Source: Planctomycetota bacterium
GTDB lineage: Bacteria; Planctomycetota; UBA1135; UBA2386
Length of the DNA: 64,000 nt
Reading direction: 5' to 3'
Assembly (NCBI GenBank): GCA_046290465.1
Contig: JBKAGP010000001.1
Coordinates: 5,376,001 to 5,440,000, forward strand
The notes below the pieces were generated by a model that ran no database searches, was not told where the DNA came from, and saw nothing but the letters and a program-made list of their open reading frames with translations. Numbering within the stretch: position 1 is the stretch's first letter; the number at the start of each line of letters is the position of its first letter. The translations under genes were made by a program, and so were the position numbers. Positions 30,510-41,065 of the stretch are shown in pieces.

Positions 30510-30620
30510 ACGGCTTCGCTGCTGTCCGCTGCGAGGGCTGCCGGTTGGTCCGGCCGGGCGGGCACCCGGTCGGAGTGCCGTGGCTATGGCAAATCCCGCC
30601 GCGCGGCGTACACCGGCGCC

Positions 30621-31439
30621 ATGTCCATGCGTTCCTGGTCCGTCCTGCTCCCGTCCGCCCTCCTGTTGGCCGCCTGCGCTTCCGGCCCGTCCGGCGCGGA
30701 CGTGCGCGTCGTCACGCAGGAGCTCAGCTACTCGGCCGGCGGTGCCAACTGCACCGGCTACGTCGCCTACGACAAGAACCGCACCGGGCCGCGCCCCGGC
30801 GTGCTGATCGTTCACGAGTGGTGGGGGCACAACGACTATGTGCGGCGGCGTGCGCGCATGTTGGCCGAACTCGGCTACACGGCGTTCGCGCTCGACATGT
30901 ACGGCGACGGCAAGTCGGCGCAGCACCCGAAGGACGCGCAGAAGTTCATGCAGGAGGTGTTCGCCAACATGCCGGCCGGCGTGGCGCGGTTCGAGGCGGC
31001 GGAGAAGCTGCTGCGCGACCATGCGACGACGGACCCGGATCAGATCGCTGCGATCGGCTACTGCTTCGGCGGGGCGATCGTGCTCGGCATGGCGCGCCAG
31101 GGGGCGGACCTCGATGCCGTCGCCAGCTTCCACGGCAGCCTCGCGACCGAGACGCCGGCGAAGCCCGGCGCGGTCCAGGCGCACGTGCTGATCTGCCATG
31201 GCGGCGCCGACAAGATGGTGCCGCTCGAGCAGGTCGCCGCGGTCGAGTCCGAGATGAAGGACGGCGGTGCTCCGAGCGTGCGGACCGTGGTCTACGCCGG
31301 CGCGCTGCACGGGTTCACCAACCCGGATGCGACCGCCAAGGGCGAGCAGTTCGAGATCCCGATCGGCTACCAGAAGGAGGCCGACGAGAACTCGTGGACC
31401 GAACTGCAGCTGCTGCTGGAACGGGCGTTCGCGAACTAG
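30621..31439 (+). CDS. Dienelactone hydrolase family lipoprotein
   Basis: Lipobox LAAC; HEWWG, GYCFGG, HGGAD, HGFTNP. Confidence 0.9.
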   Translation: MSMRSWSVLLPSALLLAACASGPSGADVRVVTQELSYSAGGANCTGYVAYDKNRTGPRPGVLIVHEWWGHNDYVRRRARMLAELGYTAFALDMYGDGKSAQHPKDAQKFMQEVFANMPAGVARFEAAEKLLRDHATTDPDQIAAIGYCFGGAIVLGMARQGADLDAVASFHGSLATETPAKPGAVQAHVLICHGGADKMVPLEQVAAVESEMKDGGAPSVRTVVYAGALHGFTNPDATAKGEQFEIPIGYQKEADENSWTELQLLLERAFAN

Positions 31440-31455
31440 CGGAACGGGCGCGCGA

Positions 31456-31542
31456 CCCAGTTGGTGCCGTTGGCCCAGTTGGTGCCGCTGGCCTCCTTGG
31501 TGCCGCTGGCCCCCTTGGTGCCGTTGGCCCCCTTGGTGCCGT
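31456..31542. repeat. Intergenic 18-bp tandem repeat, about 5 copies
   Basis: Contiguous units such as cccagttggtgccgttgg and cccccttggtgccgttgg between convergent genes; no spacers. Confidence 0.9.
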
Positions 31543-31587
31543 GTGCGCGGTTCGCGAAAGTTGGAGGATGAACCGCGTACCGTACGG

Positions 31588-32694
31588 CTACTTGTCGCCG
31601 CTGAGCCACTTGTCGCGCCAGGTCTTGAGGTTCTTGTTGTTGGGGTCGAGGGTGATGGCCTCGTCCATCAGGTCGAGCGCTTCCTTGCGCTTCTTGTTCA
31701 CGATCAGGATGGAGGCGTGGATGCTCATCGCGTTGGCGTAGAAGGCCTTGTCGGGCTGCTTCGCGTGGCGCTTCTCGACGGCCTTCAGGGTCGCCTTGCT
31801 GACCTTCAGGGCGTCCTTCAGGATCCGCTTGTTGGCCTTGTCGAGGTCCTTCCAGTTGCCGTAGGCAAACCGGCACATGCGCTGGCCCCACTCGACGACG
31901 CGGTCGTCGGGGATGCTCTTCCAGGCCTTGTTGGCGTAGGACGCCGCGTCCTTGGCCTCGCCGCGCGACCAGTGCGCGGTCGCCATCCGGTCGTAGCCCA
32001 GGAACAGCACGCGCTTGTTGCGCTGCGACTTGAGGAAGCGACGCAGCGGGCCGAGGTCGAGGTCCTGCGGTGCGACGCCGTCGCGGAACGTCTCGGCGCT
32101 GATCTTCCACAGCTGCGCCTCGGCCGCCTCCTCGCTGCGGCCCTTGGGGTCCTTTTCGATCATCGCGTCGATGACCTTGCGGGCGCGTTCGTGCTCCTGG
32201 ATCGCCTGCAGCTTCTGCATCAGCAGCTGCATCTGGGGCAGCGTCGCGGTGCCGGCGTCGACCTCCTTCTGCAGCGCCGGGATCGTCTCGGCGCCGTCGC
32301 GCACGCGCTTCAGGGTCGCGGCGAAGTCGACGATCGTGTCGTAGCCGATCACGCTGTCGACGATCGCGCCGTCCGGGTTGACGAACAGCACCGTCGGCAC
32401 GGTCTGGATCTTGTAGCGGGCCCAGGTCTCCTTGCCGGCGTCGTCGTTGCGGATGCCCATGCACAGGAAGTCGGTCATCGGCTCGCTGACCTGCTTGTCC
32501 GACATCGTGCCGTCGAACATCGCCTGGCAGTTGCCGTGGTCGTCCTGCCAGCAATAGAGCAGCACGACGCCGGCAGGCTTGTCCTTGGCGGCAGTCAGGG
32601 CGGCGGCGAAGTCCTTGTCCCACCAGGTCACCTGCGCGGGCAGCGCGGCGGCGAGGAACGAGACGAGGACGAACCCGAGGGCGTGGCGCGTCAT
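31588..32694 (-). CDS. Secreted thioredoxin-fold plus helical/TPR-like protein
   Basis: Signal peptide; WDKDFAAALTAAKDK, degenerate HGNC, YKIQTVPTVLFVNPDG; C-terminal AITLDPNN. Confidence 0.7.
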   Translation of the reverse strand: MTRHALGFVLVSFLAAALPAQVTWWDKDFAAALTAAKDKPAGVVLLYCWQDDHGNCQAMFDGTMSDKQVSEPMTDFLCMGIRNDDAGKETWARYKIQTVPTVLFVNPDGAIVDSVIGYDTIVDFAATLKRVRDGAETIPALQKEVDAGTATLPQMQLLMQKLQAIQEHERARKVIDAMIEKDPKGRSEEAAEAQLWKISAETFRDGVAPQDLDLGPLRRFLKSQRNKRVLFLGYDRMATAHWSRGEAKDAASYANKAWKSIPDDRVVEWGQRMCRFAYGNWKDLDKANKRILKDALKVSKATLKAVEKRHAKQPDKAFYANAMSIHASILIVNKKRKEALDLMDEAITLDPNNKNLKTWRDKWLSGDK

Positions 32695-32771
32695 GCCGAG
32701 ATTGTGCCCTGCTCGTCACGAATCGGCCAGCGCGAGGACTCCGGAGGCCGCAGGCGGTATGCGTGGGGAAC

Positions 32772-35267
32772 ATGCGCCGCAACGTCACCGCGTGGATCGT
32801 CGCCGTCACCCTGTCGCTGCCGATGTCGCTGCCGCTGGCCGCCCAGCAGCAGCAGGGCCAGGATGCGAAGACGATCGAGGGCTTCACCAAGGACCTGCGC
32901 CACCTGCCGGGCTTCGTCGAGACCTACGTCGACCAGCAGAAGGCACGCATCTACCTGCACCTGACCTCGTTCGACGAGGACCTGCTGTATGCGACCGCGC
33001 AGGCGTCGGGTCTCGGCTCCAACCCGATCGGCCTCGACCGCGGCTCGCTCGGGCCGCAGCACGTGGTGCGCTTCCGCGACGCCGGCCCCAAGGTGCTGGT
33101 GACGGCGCAGAACCTGCGGTTCCGGGCGCTGTCCGACAACGAACGCGAACGGCTGGCCGTGCGCGAGTCGTTCGCGCCGTCGGTGCTGGCGGCGCTGCCG
33201 GTGGTCGTGCGCGAGACGGGCGGCGTGCTGGTCGACGCGACCTCGTTCTTCGTGCGCGACGCGACCAACGCGGCGCGGCGGCTGAGCGGCGACGGCAGCA
33301 CCTACCGGGTCGACGCCGAGCGCAGCGCGCTGTGGCTGGAGCGCACCAGGGGCTTTCCCGACAACACCGAGGTCGAGGTGCTGTTGACGTTCACGGCCAA
33401 CAAGCCGCGCGGTGAGGTCGCGACCGCGGCCGGTGGCGAAGCGGTGACGCTGCGCCAGCACCACAGCCTGATCCGGCTGCCCGACGACGGCTACCGGCCG
33501 CGGCGCTTCGACCCCCGCATCGGCTTCTTCGGGCCGTCGTTCCAGGACTATGCGGCGCCGCTCGGCGGCTCGATGCACCGTCGCTACATCGCGCGGCACC
33601 GCCTGCAGAAGCAGGATCCCGAGCAGGCCGTGTCGGATCCGGTGGAGCCGCTGGTCTGCTACATCGACCCGGGTACGCCGGAGCCGGTGCGTTCGGCGCT
33701 GAAGGAAGGTGCGATGTGGTGGGCCGAGGCGTTCGAGGCCGCGGGCTTCCGCGATGCGTTCCGCGTCGAGATGCTGCCCGACGACGCCGACCCGATGGAC
33801 GTGCGCTACAACATGATCCACTGGGTGCACCGGCGGACGCGCGGCTGGTCGTACGGCGCGAGCATCTCGGATCCGCGCACCGGCGAGATCATCAAGGGCA
33901 ACGTGCTGCTCGGCTCCCTGCGCGTGCGCCAGGACCTGCTGAAGTTCGTCGGCCTGCAGGCGCCGTTCGACGAAGGCCGCGGGGCGTGCGCGGCGTCGGC
34001 CTCGCCGGGCGCCGGCCACCTGACGTTCGGCGACGACGCGCTGGCGCAGAAGGTCGCGTTGATGCGGATCCGGCAGCTGGCGGCGCACGAGGTCGGCCAC
34101 ACGCTCGGGTTGTCGCACAACTTCGCGGCGAGCACCTACGGCCGCGCGTCGGTGATGGACTACCCGGCGCCGATGGTCGCGATCCAGGGCGAACGGCTCG
34201 ACTTCGGCGACGCCTACGACGTCGGCATCGGCGACTACGACAAGTGGGCGATCGTCTACGGCTACATGCAGTTCCGCGACGGCGCCGACGAGCAGCGCGA
34301 ACTGCAGCGCGTCGTCGAGATCGGCCTGCGCAAGAACTACGTGTTCCTGACCGACCAGGACGCGCGCGCCGCCGGCACCGGCCATCCGCTGGCGAGCCTG
34401 TGGGACAACGGCCGCGACCCGGTCGCGCAGCTCGAACACGAACTGCGCGTGCGCGCGATCGGCCTGCGTCGCTTCGGCGTCGCGGCGCTGCGGCCCGGGG
34501 TCGCGCTGGCGACGCTCGAGGACACGCTGGTGCCGCTGTACCTGCACCATCGCTACCAGCTGGAGGCGGCGGTCAAGGTGATCGGCGGCGTCGACTTCCG
34601 CCACGCGGTCAAGGGCGACGGCCAGGACGCGACCACGCCGGTGCTCGAGGGCACGCAGCGCAAGGCGCTCGAGGTGGTGCTCGGCACGCTGCGCCCGGAG
34701 TTCCTGCAGCTCGACCCGCGCATGCTGGCGCGCATCCCGCCGGCGCCGCCCGGCCATCCGTCGACCGCCGAACGGTTTCCGCGCAGCACCGGCCAGCTGC
34801 TGGACCCGGTGGCGATGGCGGCGGTGTCGGCCGAGCTGACGATCGGCGCGCTGCTGCAGCCGCAGCGCGCGGCGCGGCTGATGCTGCGCGGCGACGGCCA
34901 GGGCCTCGCGTTCGGCGACGTGCTCGACGGGCTGTACCGGACCGTGTTCGCCGTCGGCGAAGGGTCGCTCGCGTGGACGCCGGTGCAGCACGCAGTGCAG
35001 TCGGTCTACGTCGACCAGCTGCTGGCGCTGGCCGACAGCGGCCGCGCGCCGGCGGCCGTGCGCGCGCTGGTCGAGTACCACCTGGAGCACGTCGCGGCCC
35101 GCGCCAACGACTGGCGGGTCGACCACGCCAACCCGGTCGAACAGCGCGCGCACGCGACCGGCCTGTGGCGTCGGGTCGGCGCGTTCCTGGAGCGGCGCGA
35201 CCGGGAGCCGCGACGTTCGCCGCGGCTCGAGACCCCGCCCGGCTCGCCGATCGGCAGCGGGCGATGA
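32772..35267 (+). CDS. Zinc-dependent metalloprotease (DUF5117/DUF4953 type)
   Basis: PRRFDPRIGFF, DPRTGEIIKG, AHEVGHTLGLSHNF, SVMDY, YDKWAI. Confidence 0.92.
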   Translation: MRRNVTAWIVAVTLSLPMSLPLAAQQQQGQDAKTIEGFTKDLRHLPGFVETYVDQQKARIYLHLTSFDEDLLYATAQASGLGSNPIGLDRGSLGPQHVVRFRDAGPKVLVTAQNLRFRALSDNERERLAVRESFAPSVLAALPVVVRETGGVLVDATSFFVRDATNAARRLSGDGSTYRVDAERSALWLERTRGFPDNTEVEVLLTFTANKPRGEVATAAGGEAVTLRQHHSLIRLPDDGYRPRRFDPRIGFFGPSFQDYAAPLGGSMHRRYIARHRLQKQDPEQAVSDPVEPLVCYIDPGTPEPVRSALKEGAMWWAEAFEAAGFRDAFRVEMLPDDADPMDVRYNMIHWVHRRTRGWSYGASISDPRTGEIIKGNVLLGSLRVRQDLLKFVGLQAPFDEGRGACAASASPGAGHLTFGDDALAQKVALMRIRQLAAHEVGHTLGLSHNFAASTYGRASVMDYPAPMVAIQGERLDFGDAYDVGIGDYDKWAIVYGYMQFRDGADEQRELQRVVEIGLRKNYVFLTDQDARAAGTGHPLASLWDNGRDPVAQLEHELRVRAIGLRRFGVAALRPGVALATLEDTLVPLYLHHRYQLEAAVKVIGGVDFRHAVKGDGQDATTPVLEGTQRKALEVVLGTLRPEFLQLDPRMLARIPPAPPGHPSTAERFPRSTGQLLDPVAMAAVSAELTIGALLQPQRAARLMLRGDGQGLAFGDVLDGLYRTVFAVGEGSLAWTPVQHAVQSVYVDQLLALADSGRAPAAVRALVEYHLEHVAARANDWRVDHANPVEQRAHATGLWRRVGAFLERRDREPRRSPRLETPPGSPIGSGR

Positions 35268-35364
35268 GCGGCATTTGCGCGTCCGTGCGCCCGGAGTCCG
35301 CGATCGGGCTTGTCTGCGCGCCCGCCATGCCCGAAACCCAACGCCCGACTCCGTGCCAACACCG

Positions 35365-36609
35365 ATGAATCGACCCGACTTCCGTCCGCTCCTGTTCGCC
35401 CTCGCCGCCGCCGCGCCCGTCCTGGGCCAGGACGGTGCCGCCGACGAACGCCAGCAGGCCGAGCCCCAGAACGGCCCGGCGATCGCCTACGTCGACGCGT
35501 TTGTCGGCCAGGAGGCGTTTCCGCAGCCGCTGTTCGTCGCCTACGACGCGGCCGAGCCGCAGTCGGCGTTCGTCGTCTGCCAGCCCGGCTTCGTCTACCG
35601 CGTGCCGCGTGACGGCGACGGCGGCGAACGCGAGACGTTCCTCGACCTCAGCGACAAGGTGCTGACCAAGAACTGGGAGGAGGGCCTGCTCGGCTTCCAG
35701 TTCGATCCGGACTACGCCGACAACCACCACGTCTGGACGTACTGGTCCGAGCGCATCGAGCCGCGCGAGGAGAAGCAGGCGCGCGGCAGCCGCAAGAGCG
35801 ATCGCCAGTCGATCATCGCGCGCTACACGGTTGTCGAACGCGACGGCCAGAGCGTCGTCGACGTCGGCAGCGAACTGCGGGTGATGGAGGTGTTCCAGCC
35901 GTTCGGCAACCACAACGGCGGCACCATCGTGTTCGGTCCGGACGGCATGCTGTACATCGCGCTCGGCGACGGCGGCCACAAGAACGACATCTACGGCAAC
36001 GCCGAGTCGCTCGCGATGCTGCTCGGCAAGGTGCTGCGCATCGACGTGCGCGGCGCGACCGTCGACGCGCCCTACCGGATCCCGAAGGACAACCCGTTCG
36101 TCGCCAGGGATGGCGCGCGTGGGGAGATCTGGTGCTACGGCCTGCGCAACGTCTGGCGCATGTCGTTCGACCGCGAGACCGGCAAGCTGTGGGCGGCCGA
36201 CGTCGGCCAGAACAAGATCGAGGAGGTCGACGTGCTGGTGCGCGGCGGCTTCTACGGCTGGAACTCGTTCGAGGCCAACCAGGAGTTCGACCTGCGGCGC
36301 AGCAAGGCGCCGACGCCGCCGGACCCGATCGCGCCGGTCGCGAGCTACACGCACCGCGAGGGCCTGTCGATCACCGGCGGCTACGTCTACCGCGGCAAGG
36401 CGATCCCGGGCCTGCGCGGTCTCTACGTCTACAGCGACTTCATCACCAAGCGCGCCTGGGCGTGCGACGCCGAGGGCCGGGTCGTCAAGCTCGCCAGCAC
36501 GCCGTTCCCGCCGTCGAGCTACGGCGAGACGCCGGACGGTGAGCTGCTGGTGACCTGCTTCATCCAGAAGAAGGGCAAGGTCTACAAGCTGGTCCCGGCC
36601 GGCGAGTAG
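35365..36609 (+). CDS. Glucose/sorbosone dehydrogenase (PQQ-dependent) family protein
   Basis: EEGLLG, NHNGG, FGPDGMLYIALGDGG, GKVLRID, YGLRNVW, DVGQ, SITGG. Confidence 0.9.
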   Translation: MNRPDFRPLLFALAAAAPVLGQDGAADERQQAEPQNGPAIAYVDAFVGQEAFPQPLFVAYDAAEPQSAFVVCQPGFVYRVPRDGDGGERETFLDLSDKVLTKNWEEGLLGFQFDPDYADNHHVWTYWSERIEPREEKQARGSRKSDRQSIIARYTVVERDGQSVVDVGSELRVMEVFQPFGNHNGGTIVFGPDGMLYIALGDGGHKNDIYGNAESLAMLLGKVLRIDVRGATVDAPYRIPKDNPFVARDGARGEIWCYGLRNVWRMSFDRETGKLWAADVGQNKIEEVDVLVRGGFYGWNSFEANQEFDLRRSKAPTPPDPIAPVASYTHREGLSITGGYVYRGKAIPGLRGLYVYSDFITKRAWACDAEGRVVKLASTPFPPSSYGETPDGELLVTCFIQKKGKVYKLVPAGE

Positions 36610-36614
36610 GCGCG

Positions 36615-38027
36615 CTACCTGCCGGCCTTCTCGAGCTCGGCCAACAGCTTGCGGGTCGCCCGGTAGCGGTTGAGCCGGCCGAGGTAGACCGGGTCGTTCT
36701 GGGCTCCCTTCGCCGCGGCGGTCTGCAGCTCGATGGCGCGATCGATCCTGCCGTTGACGAACATCGCCAGCGCGACCGTGTCCTTGCTGCCGAAGTCGAT
36801 CGCGTCGCCCTCGACGCGCAGCATCTCCTCGCCTTGCGCCAGCGCCAGCGTGTCGAAGCGGCCCATCGAGTCGGGGCGGATGATCGTGTACCAGGCGTCG
36901 TTGTTGAGGCCGCTCGACGAGACGTCCTGCTTGCGGTACTCGACCATCAGCTTGGCTGCCGCCTCGTCCTCGCCACAGCGCTTCAGGAGCTTGTGGCGCG
37001 CGGCGTAGACCCACTTGCGGTTGCCGCCGTTGGCCTCGGCGTTCTGGATGGCGCGCTCGGCGACGTCGCGGTAGGGCAGCGGCACCGCCGCCTCCATCAG
37101 CGTCTCGGCGAAGATCAGCTGCTGCTCGGCCTGGCCGCCGAGCTTGTTGGGCAGCAACGCGGCGATGCGGCCGGCGAGCCGGTCCTGGCCGGCGCGCAGC
37201 ATGCCGCGCAGGTGCACCAGCTGGGTGAACGTGCCGTCGGGGGCGCCGGCGGCGACCGGCGCCATCGCCATCGCGACCTTCTTCGCGACCAGCGGGTCGT
37301 TGCGATCGCCGCGCAGCACCAGGTCGGCGAACCGTGACATCGGCACGGCTTCGTTGGACAGGCGAGCGATCGCGCGTTCGACCGCCTGCCGCGCCGCCAG
37401 CGGGTCACCCTTGCACCACCACTGGTTGAGCACCGCGGCGGCGTGCGCCCGGCCGCTGCGCGGGAACTTCTCGAGCACGTGCGCGACCTCGTCGTCGAAG
37501 TCGCCGCCGTCGGCAACCGAGCCGACCAGGTGCTCGACGACCTCGAGCGACGTGGTCGTGTCGGCGGCATCGAACGTGCCGGCGACGACCGCGTCGAGCA
37601 CGTCGACGAGGCCGTCGATGCCGCGCATGTCGTAGCGCACCTCGCCGTTGCGGCCGGTCAGCAGCGCGTGGCCGCCCATCGCCGACAGGTGCTCGATCGA
37701 GCGCGCGACGACCAGCCGTGGCTTGCCGGCGGCGACGCGGCCGGCGGCTTCGTCCGGCAGCGCGACCGCGAACGCGATGCCCTTGTCGCGAAAGCGCGCC
37801 TGCAGGTCGGTCAGGTACTGCACCTGGTCGGCGAACGGACCGCGTTCGTGATCGTAGATGGCGACCACCGTGTGGCCGGCGGCGGCCGCGCCTTCCTGCT
37901 CGTGCACGACCTGCAGCGCGACGCCGCCGATCCGCAGTTGGCGCGCGGGCTCGGCCTGTTGCGCGGGCAGCGCGGCGCAGCAGGTCGTGATGGCGGTCAG
38001 GACGACGGGCAGGCAACAGCGGCTCAT
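36615..38027 (-). CDS. Secreted hypothetical protein (degenerate redoxin-like N-terminus, helical repeats)
   Basis: Signal peptide, GGAG SD; LNNDAW...DTVALAMF...AIELQ TPR-like C-terminus. Confidence 0.6.
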   Translation of the reverse strand: MSRCCLPVVLTAITTCCAALPAQQAEPARQLRIGGVALQVVHEQEGAAAAGHTVVAIYDHERGPFADQVQYLTDLQARFRDKGIAFAVALPDEAAGRVAAGKPRLVVARSIEHLSAMGGHALLTGRNGEVRYDMRGIDGLVDVLDAVVAGTFDAADTTTSLEVVEHLVGSVADGGDFDDEVAHVLEKFPRSGRAHAAAVLNQWWCKGDPLAARQAVERAIARLSNEAVPMSRFADLVLRGDRNDPLVAKKVAMAMAPVAAGAPDGTFTQLVHLRGMLRAGQDRLAGRIAALLPNKLGGQAEQQLIFAETLMEAAVPLPYRDVAERAIQNAEANGGNRKWVYAARHKLLKRCGEDEAAAKLMVEYRKQDVSSSGLNNDAWYTIIRPDSMGRFDTLALAQGEEMLRVEGDAIDFGSKDTVALAMFVNGRIDRAIELQTAAAKGAQNDPVYLGRLNRYRATRKLLAELEKAGR

Positions 38028-38170
38028 GGGTCTCCTCGGCGTTCGTGTGCGAACCGCATCATCCCTTGGCAGCGGCGATCCCGCCACCCGCCGCGACCGG
38101 GCAAAAGGCATCCCAACGCGGGCTTCAGGTGCGCTCGTCGCCGCGACGATCCGTGCGCCGGAGGGAACCC

Positions 38171-41065
38171 TTGGGCAGCAAGATCCACAGCGTCGTCAGC
38201 CTGTTCGCGGCCGCGGCCGTCGTCACCTTCTCCGCCTGCAGCAGCGGCGGGGGGCCGTCGGCGCCGAGCAACCTGTCGTACTCGAGCAACCCGGCGATCT
38301 ACCCGATGGGCAGCGCCGCGCAGAACACGCCGTCCGCCGATGGCAGCTCGGTGGACAGCTACGCGATCAGCCCGGCGCTGCCGGTCGGCCTGACGTTCGA
38401 CACCGAGACCGGGCGCATCACCGGCACGCCGACGGCGATCACGGCGCAGGCGACCTACACGATCACGGCGACCAACGAGCAGGGCAGCGACACGGTCGAC
38501 CTGGTGCTGAAGGTCACCGATGCCCTGCCCGAGATCAGCTACGGCACCACGACGTTCGCGCTGACCGGCGGCGTCGCGATGACCCCGAGCACGCCGAGCA
38601 ACGCTGGCGGTGCGATCGTCGGCTTCACGATCTCCCCGGACCTGCCGGCCGGCCTGTCGCTCAACGCGACCACCGGCGAGCTGAGCGGCACGGCCACCGA
38701 GGTCGCCGCGAACGCCGTCTACACCGTGACCGCATCGAACGAAGGCGGTTCGGACACGGTGCTGTTGACGCTGGGCGTCAGCGCGCCGTCGCTGACGATC
38801 TCGGTCGCGCCGGCGAACGTCACGGTGGTCGGGGGCGCGACCGCCGGCTTCTCCGCGACCGCGTCGGGCACGGGGGTGCTGACCTACCAGTGGCTCGTCG
38901 ACGGCGCCACCATCGGCGGCGCGACCGGCACCAGCCACACGACGCCGGCGACGACCACGGCGGACGACGGCCAGCGGTTCCAGCTGCGCGTGACCGACAG
39001 CTTCGGCACGACCGTCACCAGCGACGCCGGCGAGCTCGGCGTGGTCGGCGGCACGTTCGCGGCCGGCACCGCGCTCGGCTCCGCGCACGGCCGCCACACC
39101 GCGACCGCGCTGGGCGACGGCGACGTGCTGATCGCCGGCGGCCAGGACGCGCTGGCGTCCGGCTACAAGACGACCGGCTTCCGCTACGACCACGCGACGC
39201 CCGGCTTCGCGGCGACCGGCCTGATGACGCAGACGCGGACCGAGCACCTCGCCGTCCGGCTGGCGGACGGTCGCGTGCTGATGACCGGCCACCGCTTCGG
39301 GCCGCCGACCGCGGCCGAGTGGTTCGATCCGGCCACCGACACGTTCGCCGCGACCACCGGCGCCCAGGTCGTCGCCCGCTACCTGCACACGGCGACGCTG
39401 CTGCCCGACGGTCGGGTGCTGCTCGCCGGTGGCGACAACGGCGGCGCGCTGTCGTCGGCGGAGCTGTTCGACCCGGCGACCGGCACGTTCGCGGCGACCG
39501 GCTCGATGACGGTGGCGCGCCGCTCGCACACCGCGACGCTGCTCAACGACGGCAAGGTGCTGATCGTCGGCGGTGGCGCGGCGGCGAGTGCGACGGCGGA
39601 GCTGTTCGATCCTGGGACCGGCACGTTCACCGCGACCGGCTCGATGGCGAACGCGCGGCAGCGGCAGTTCGCGGTCCTGCTGGGCGACGGCCGGGTGCTG
39701 GTCGGCGGCGGCGACAACGGCACCAACGTGATCGCGGCGGCCGAGCTGTACGACCCGGACACCGGCACGTTCGCGACGACGGGCAGCCTGGCGACGGCGC
39801 GCGACCGGGCCGCGGCGCACCTGCTCGGCAACGGCCGCGTCGTCGTGACCGGCGGCGAGGACGCCAGCGACGACCCGGTCGCGACCACCGAGGTCTACGA
39901 TCCGGCGACCGGCAGCTGGCTCGCGTCGGGTTCGCTCGGCACGGCGCGCGCGCGGCTGTCGCCGGCGCCGCTGCCCGACGGCACCTGGCTCGTAGCCGGC
40001 GGCGAGGGGGCCTCGTCGATGCTCAGCACGACCGAGGTCTACGATCCGGAGATCCCGGCACCCGGCACGTTCCGCAGCACGTCGGCGATGACCGGCCGCA
40101 CCCAGTTCGGGCTCAGCCTGCTGCCCGACGGTCGCGTGCTGGCGTCGGGCGGCACGCTGGTCGGCTTCTCGTCGGTGAAGACGACCGAGATCTACGATCC
40201 CGCCGCGGGCACGTGGTCGGCGACCGGCGACCTCGTCACCGGCCGCATCGACGCCGCCCAGGTGCTGCTGCCCGACGGCAGGGTGCTGGCCGCCGGGGGC
40301 CAGGCGTCGCTGTTCACGCCGACGGCGACCGCGGAGCTGTACGATCCGGCCACCGGAACGTGGACCGCGACCGGCTCGCTGACGGTGGCGCGCTCGTCGG
40401 CGCCAGCCGTGCGCATGGCCGACGGCAAGGTGCTGCTGTGCGGCGGCCTGCAGGTCACCGCGCCGACCGCGACCGCGGAGGTCTACGATCCCGCGGCCGG
40501 CACCTGGGCGACGACCGGGTCGCTCGCGACCGCGCGTCGCGCGCACGAGGTCGTGCCGCTGCACAACGGTCTGGTGCTGGTGATCGGCGGCCTCGATGCG
40601 TCCAGCGCGATGCTGTCGTCGTGCGAACTGTACGACCCCGCGGCCGGCACGTTCACGGCGACCGGTTCGATGGCGACGGCGCGCGCCGACGCGATGGCCG
40701 CGCGGCTGCGCGACGGCCGGGTGCTGGTCTGCGGTGGCGGCTCGCTGTTCTCGGTGCAGGCTTCGGCGGAGATCTACGATCCGGCGACGGGCGCCTGGAC
40801 GAGCACCGGCTCGCTGGTCAACGCACGCCGCACCGCGGCGATCGCGACCACGGCCAACGGCGACGTGCTGGTCGCCGCGGGCTACGGCAGCTCGCTGGTG
40901 GCGCTCAACACGGCCGAGGTGTTCGACGTCGCGTCGGGCACGTTCTCGCTGGTCGGCAACCTCGGCGTCGCGCGCCAGTATGCGTTCGCGATCGCGCTGC
41001 CGACCACCGGCCGCGTGCTGGTCGTCGGCGATCCGTACGACGGCACCGCCGAGCTGTTCCGCTGA
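38171..41065 (+). CDS. Surface lipoprotein with Ig-like (He_PIG) domains and 14 kelch repeats
   Basis: Lipobox FSAC; two ISP-LP-GL...TG.I.GT Ig domains plus one I-set-like domain; 14 repeats of the R.H.A.LL.DG.VL..GG...E.YDP type. TTG start is uncertain. Confidence 0.85.
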   Translation: MGSKIHSVVSLFAAAAVVTFSACSSGGGPSAPSNLSYSSNPAIYPMGSAAQNTPSADGSSVDSYAISPALPVGLTFDTETGRITGTPTAITAQATYTITATNEQGSDTVDLVLKVTDALPEISYGTTTFALTGGVAMTPSTPSNAGGAIVGFTISPDLPAGLSLNATTGELSGTATEVAANAVYTVTASNEGGSDTVLLTLGVSAPSLTISVAPANVTVVGGATAGFSATASGTGVLTYQWLVDGATIGGATGTSHTTPATTTADDGQRFQLRVTDSFGTTVTSDAGELGVVGGTFAAGTALGSAHGRHTATALGDGDVLIAGGQDALASGYKTTGFRYDHATPGFAATGLMTQTRTEHLAVRLADGRVLMTGHRFGPPTAAEWFDPATDTFAATTGAQVVARYLHTATLLPDGRVLLAGGDNGGALSSAELFDPATGTFAATGSMTVARRSHTATLLNDGKVLIVGGGAAASATAELFDPGTGTFTATGSMANARQRQFAVLLGDGRVLVGGGDNGTNVIAAAELYDPDTGTFATTGSLATARDRAAAHLLGNGRVVVTGGEDASDDPVATTEVYDPATGSWLASGSLGTARARLSPAPLPDGTWLVAGGEGASSMLSTTEVYDPEIPAPGTFRSTSAMTGRTQFGLSLLPDGRVLASGGTLVGFSSVKTTEIYDPAAGTWSATGDLVTGRIDAAQVLLPDGRVLAAGGQASLFTPTATAELYDPATGTWTATGSLTVARSSAPAVRMADGKVLLCGGLQVTAPTATAEVYDPAAGTWATTGSLATARRAHEVVPLHNGLVLVIGGLDASSAMLSSCELYDPAAGTFTATGSMATARADAMAARLRDGRVLVCGGGSLFSVQASAEIYDPATGAWTSTGSLVNARRTAAIATTANGDVLVAAGYGSSLVALNTAEVFDVASGTFSLVGNLGVARQYAFAIALPTTGRVLVVGDPYDGTAELFR

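Noticed and set aside
31456..31542. Possible CRISPR array
   Set aside because: Units are 18 bp and contiguous, with no unique spacers and no cas genes.
39050..41040. Repeated DNA motifs such as tacgatccggc...ggcacgt
   Set aside because: Explained by kelch protein repeats within the CDS.
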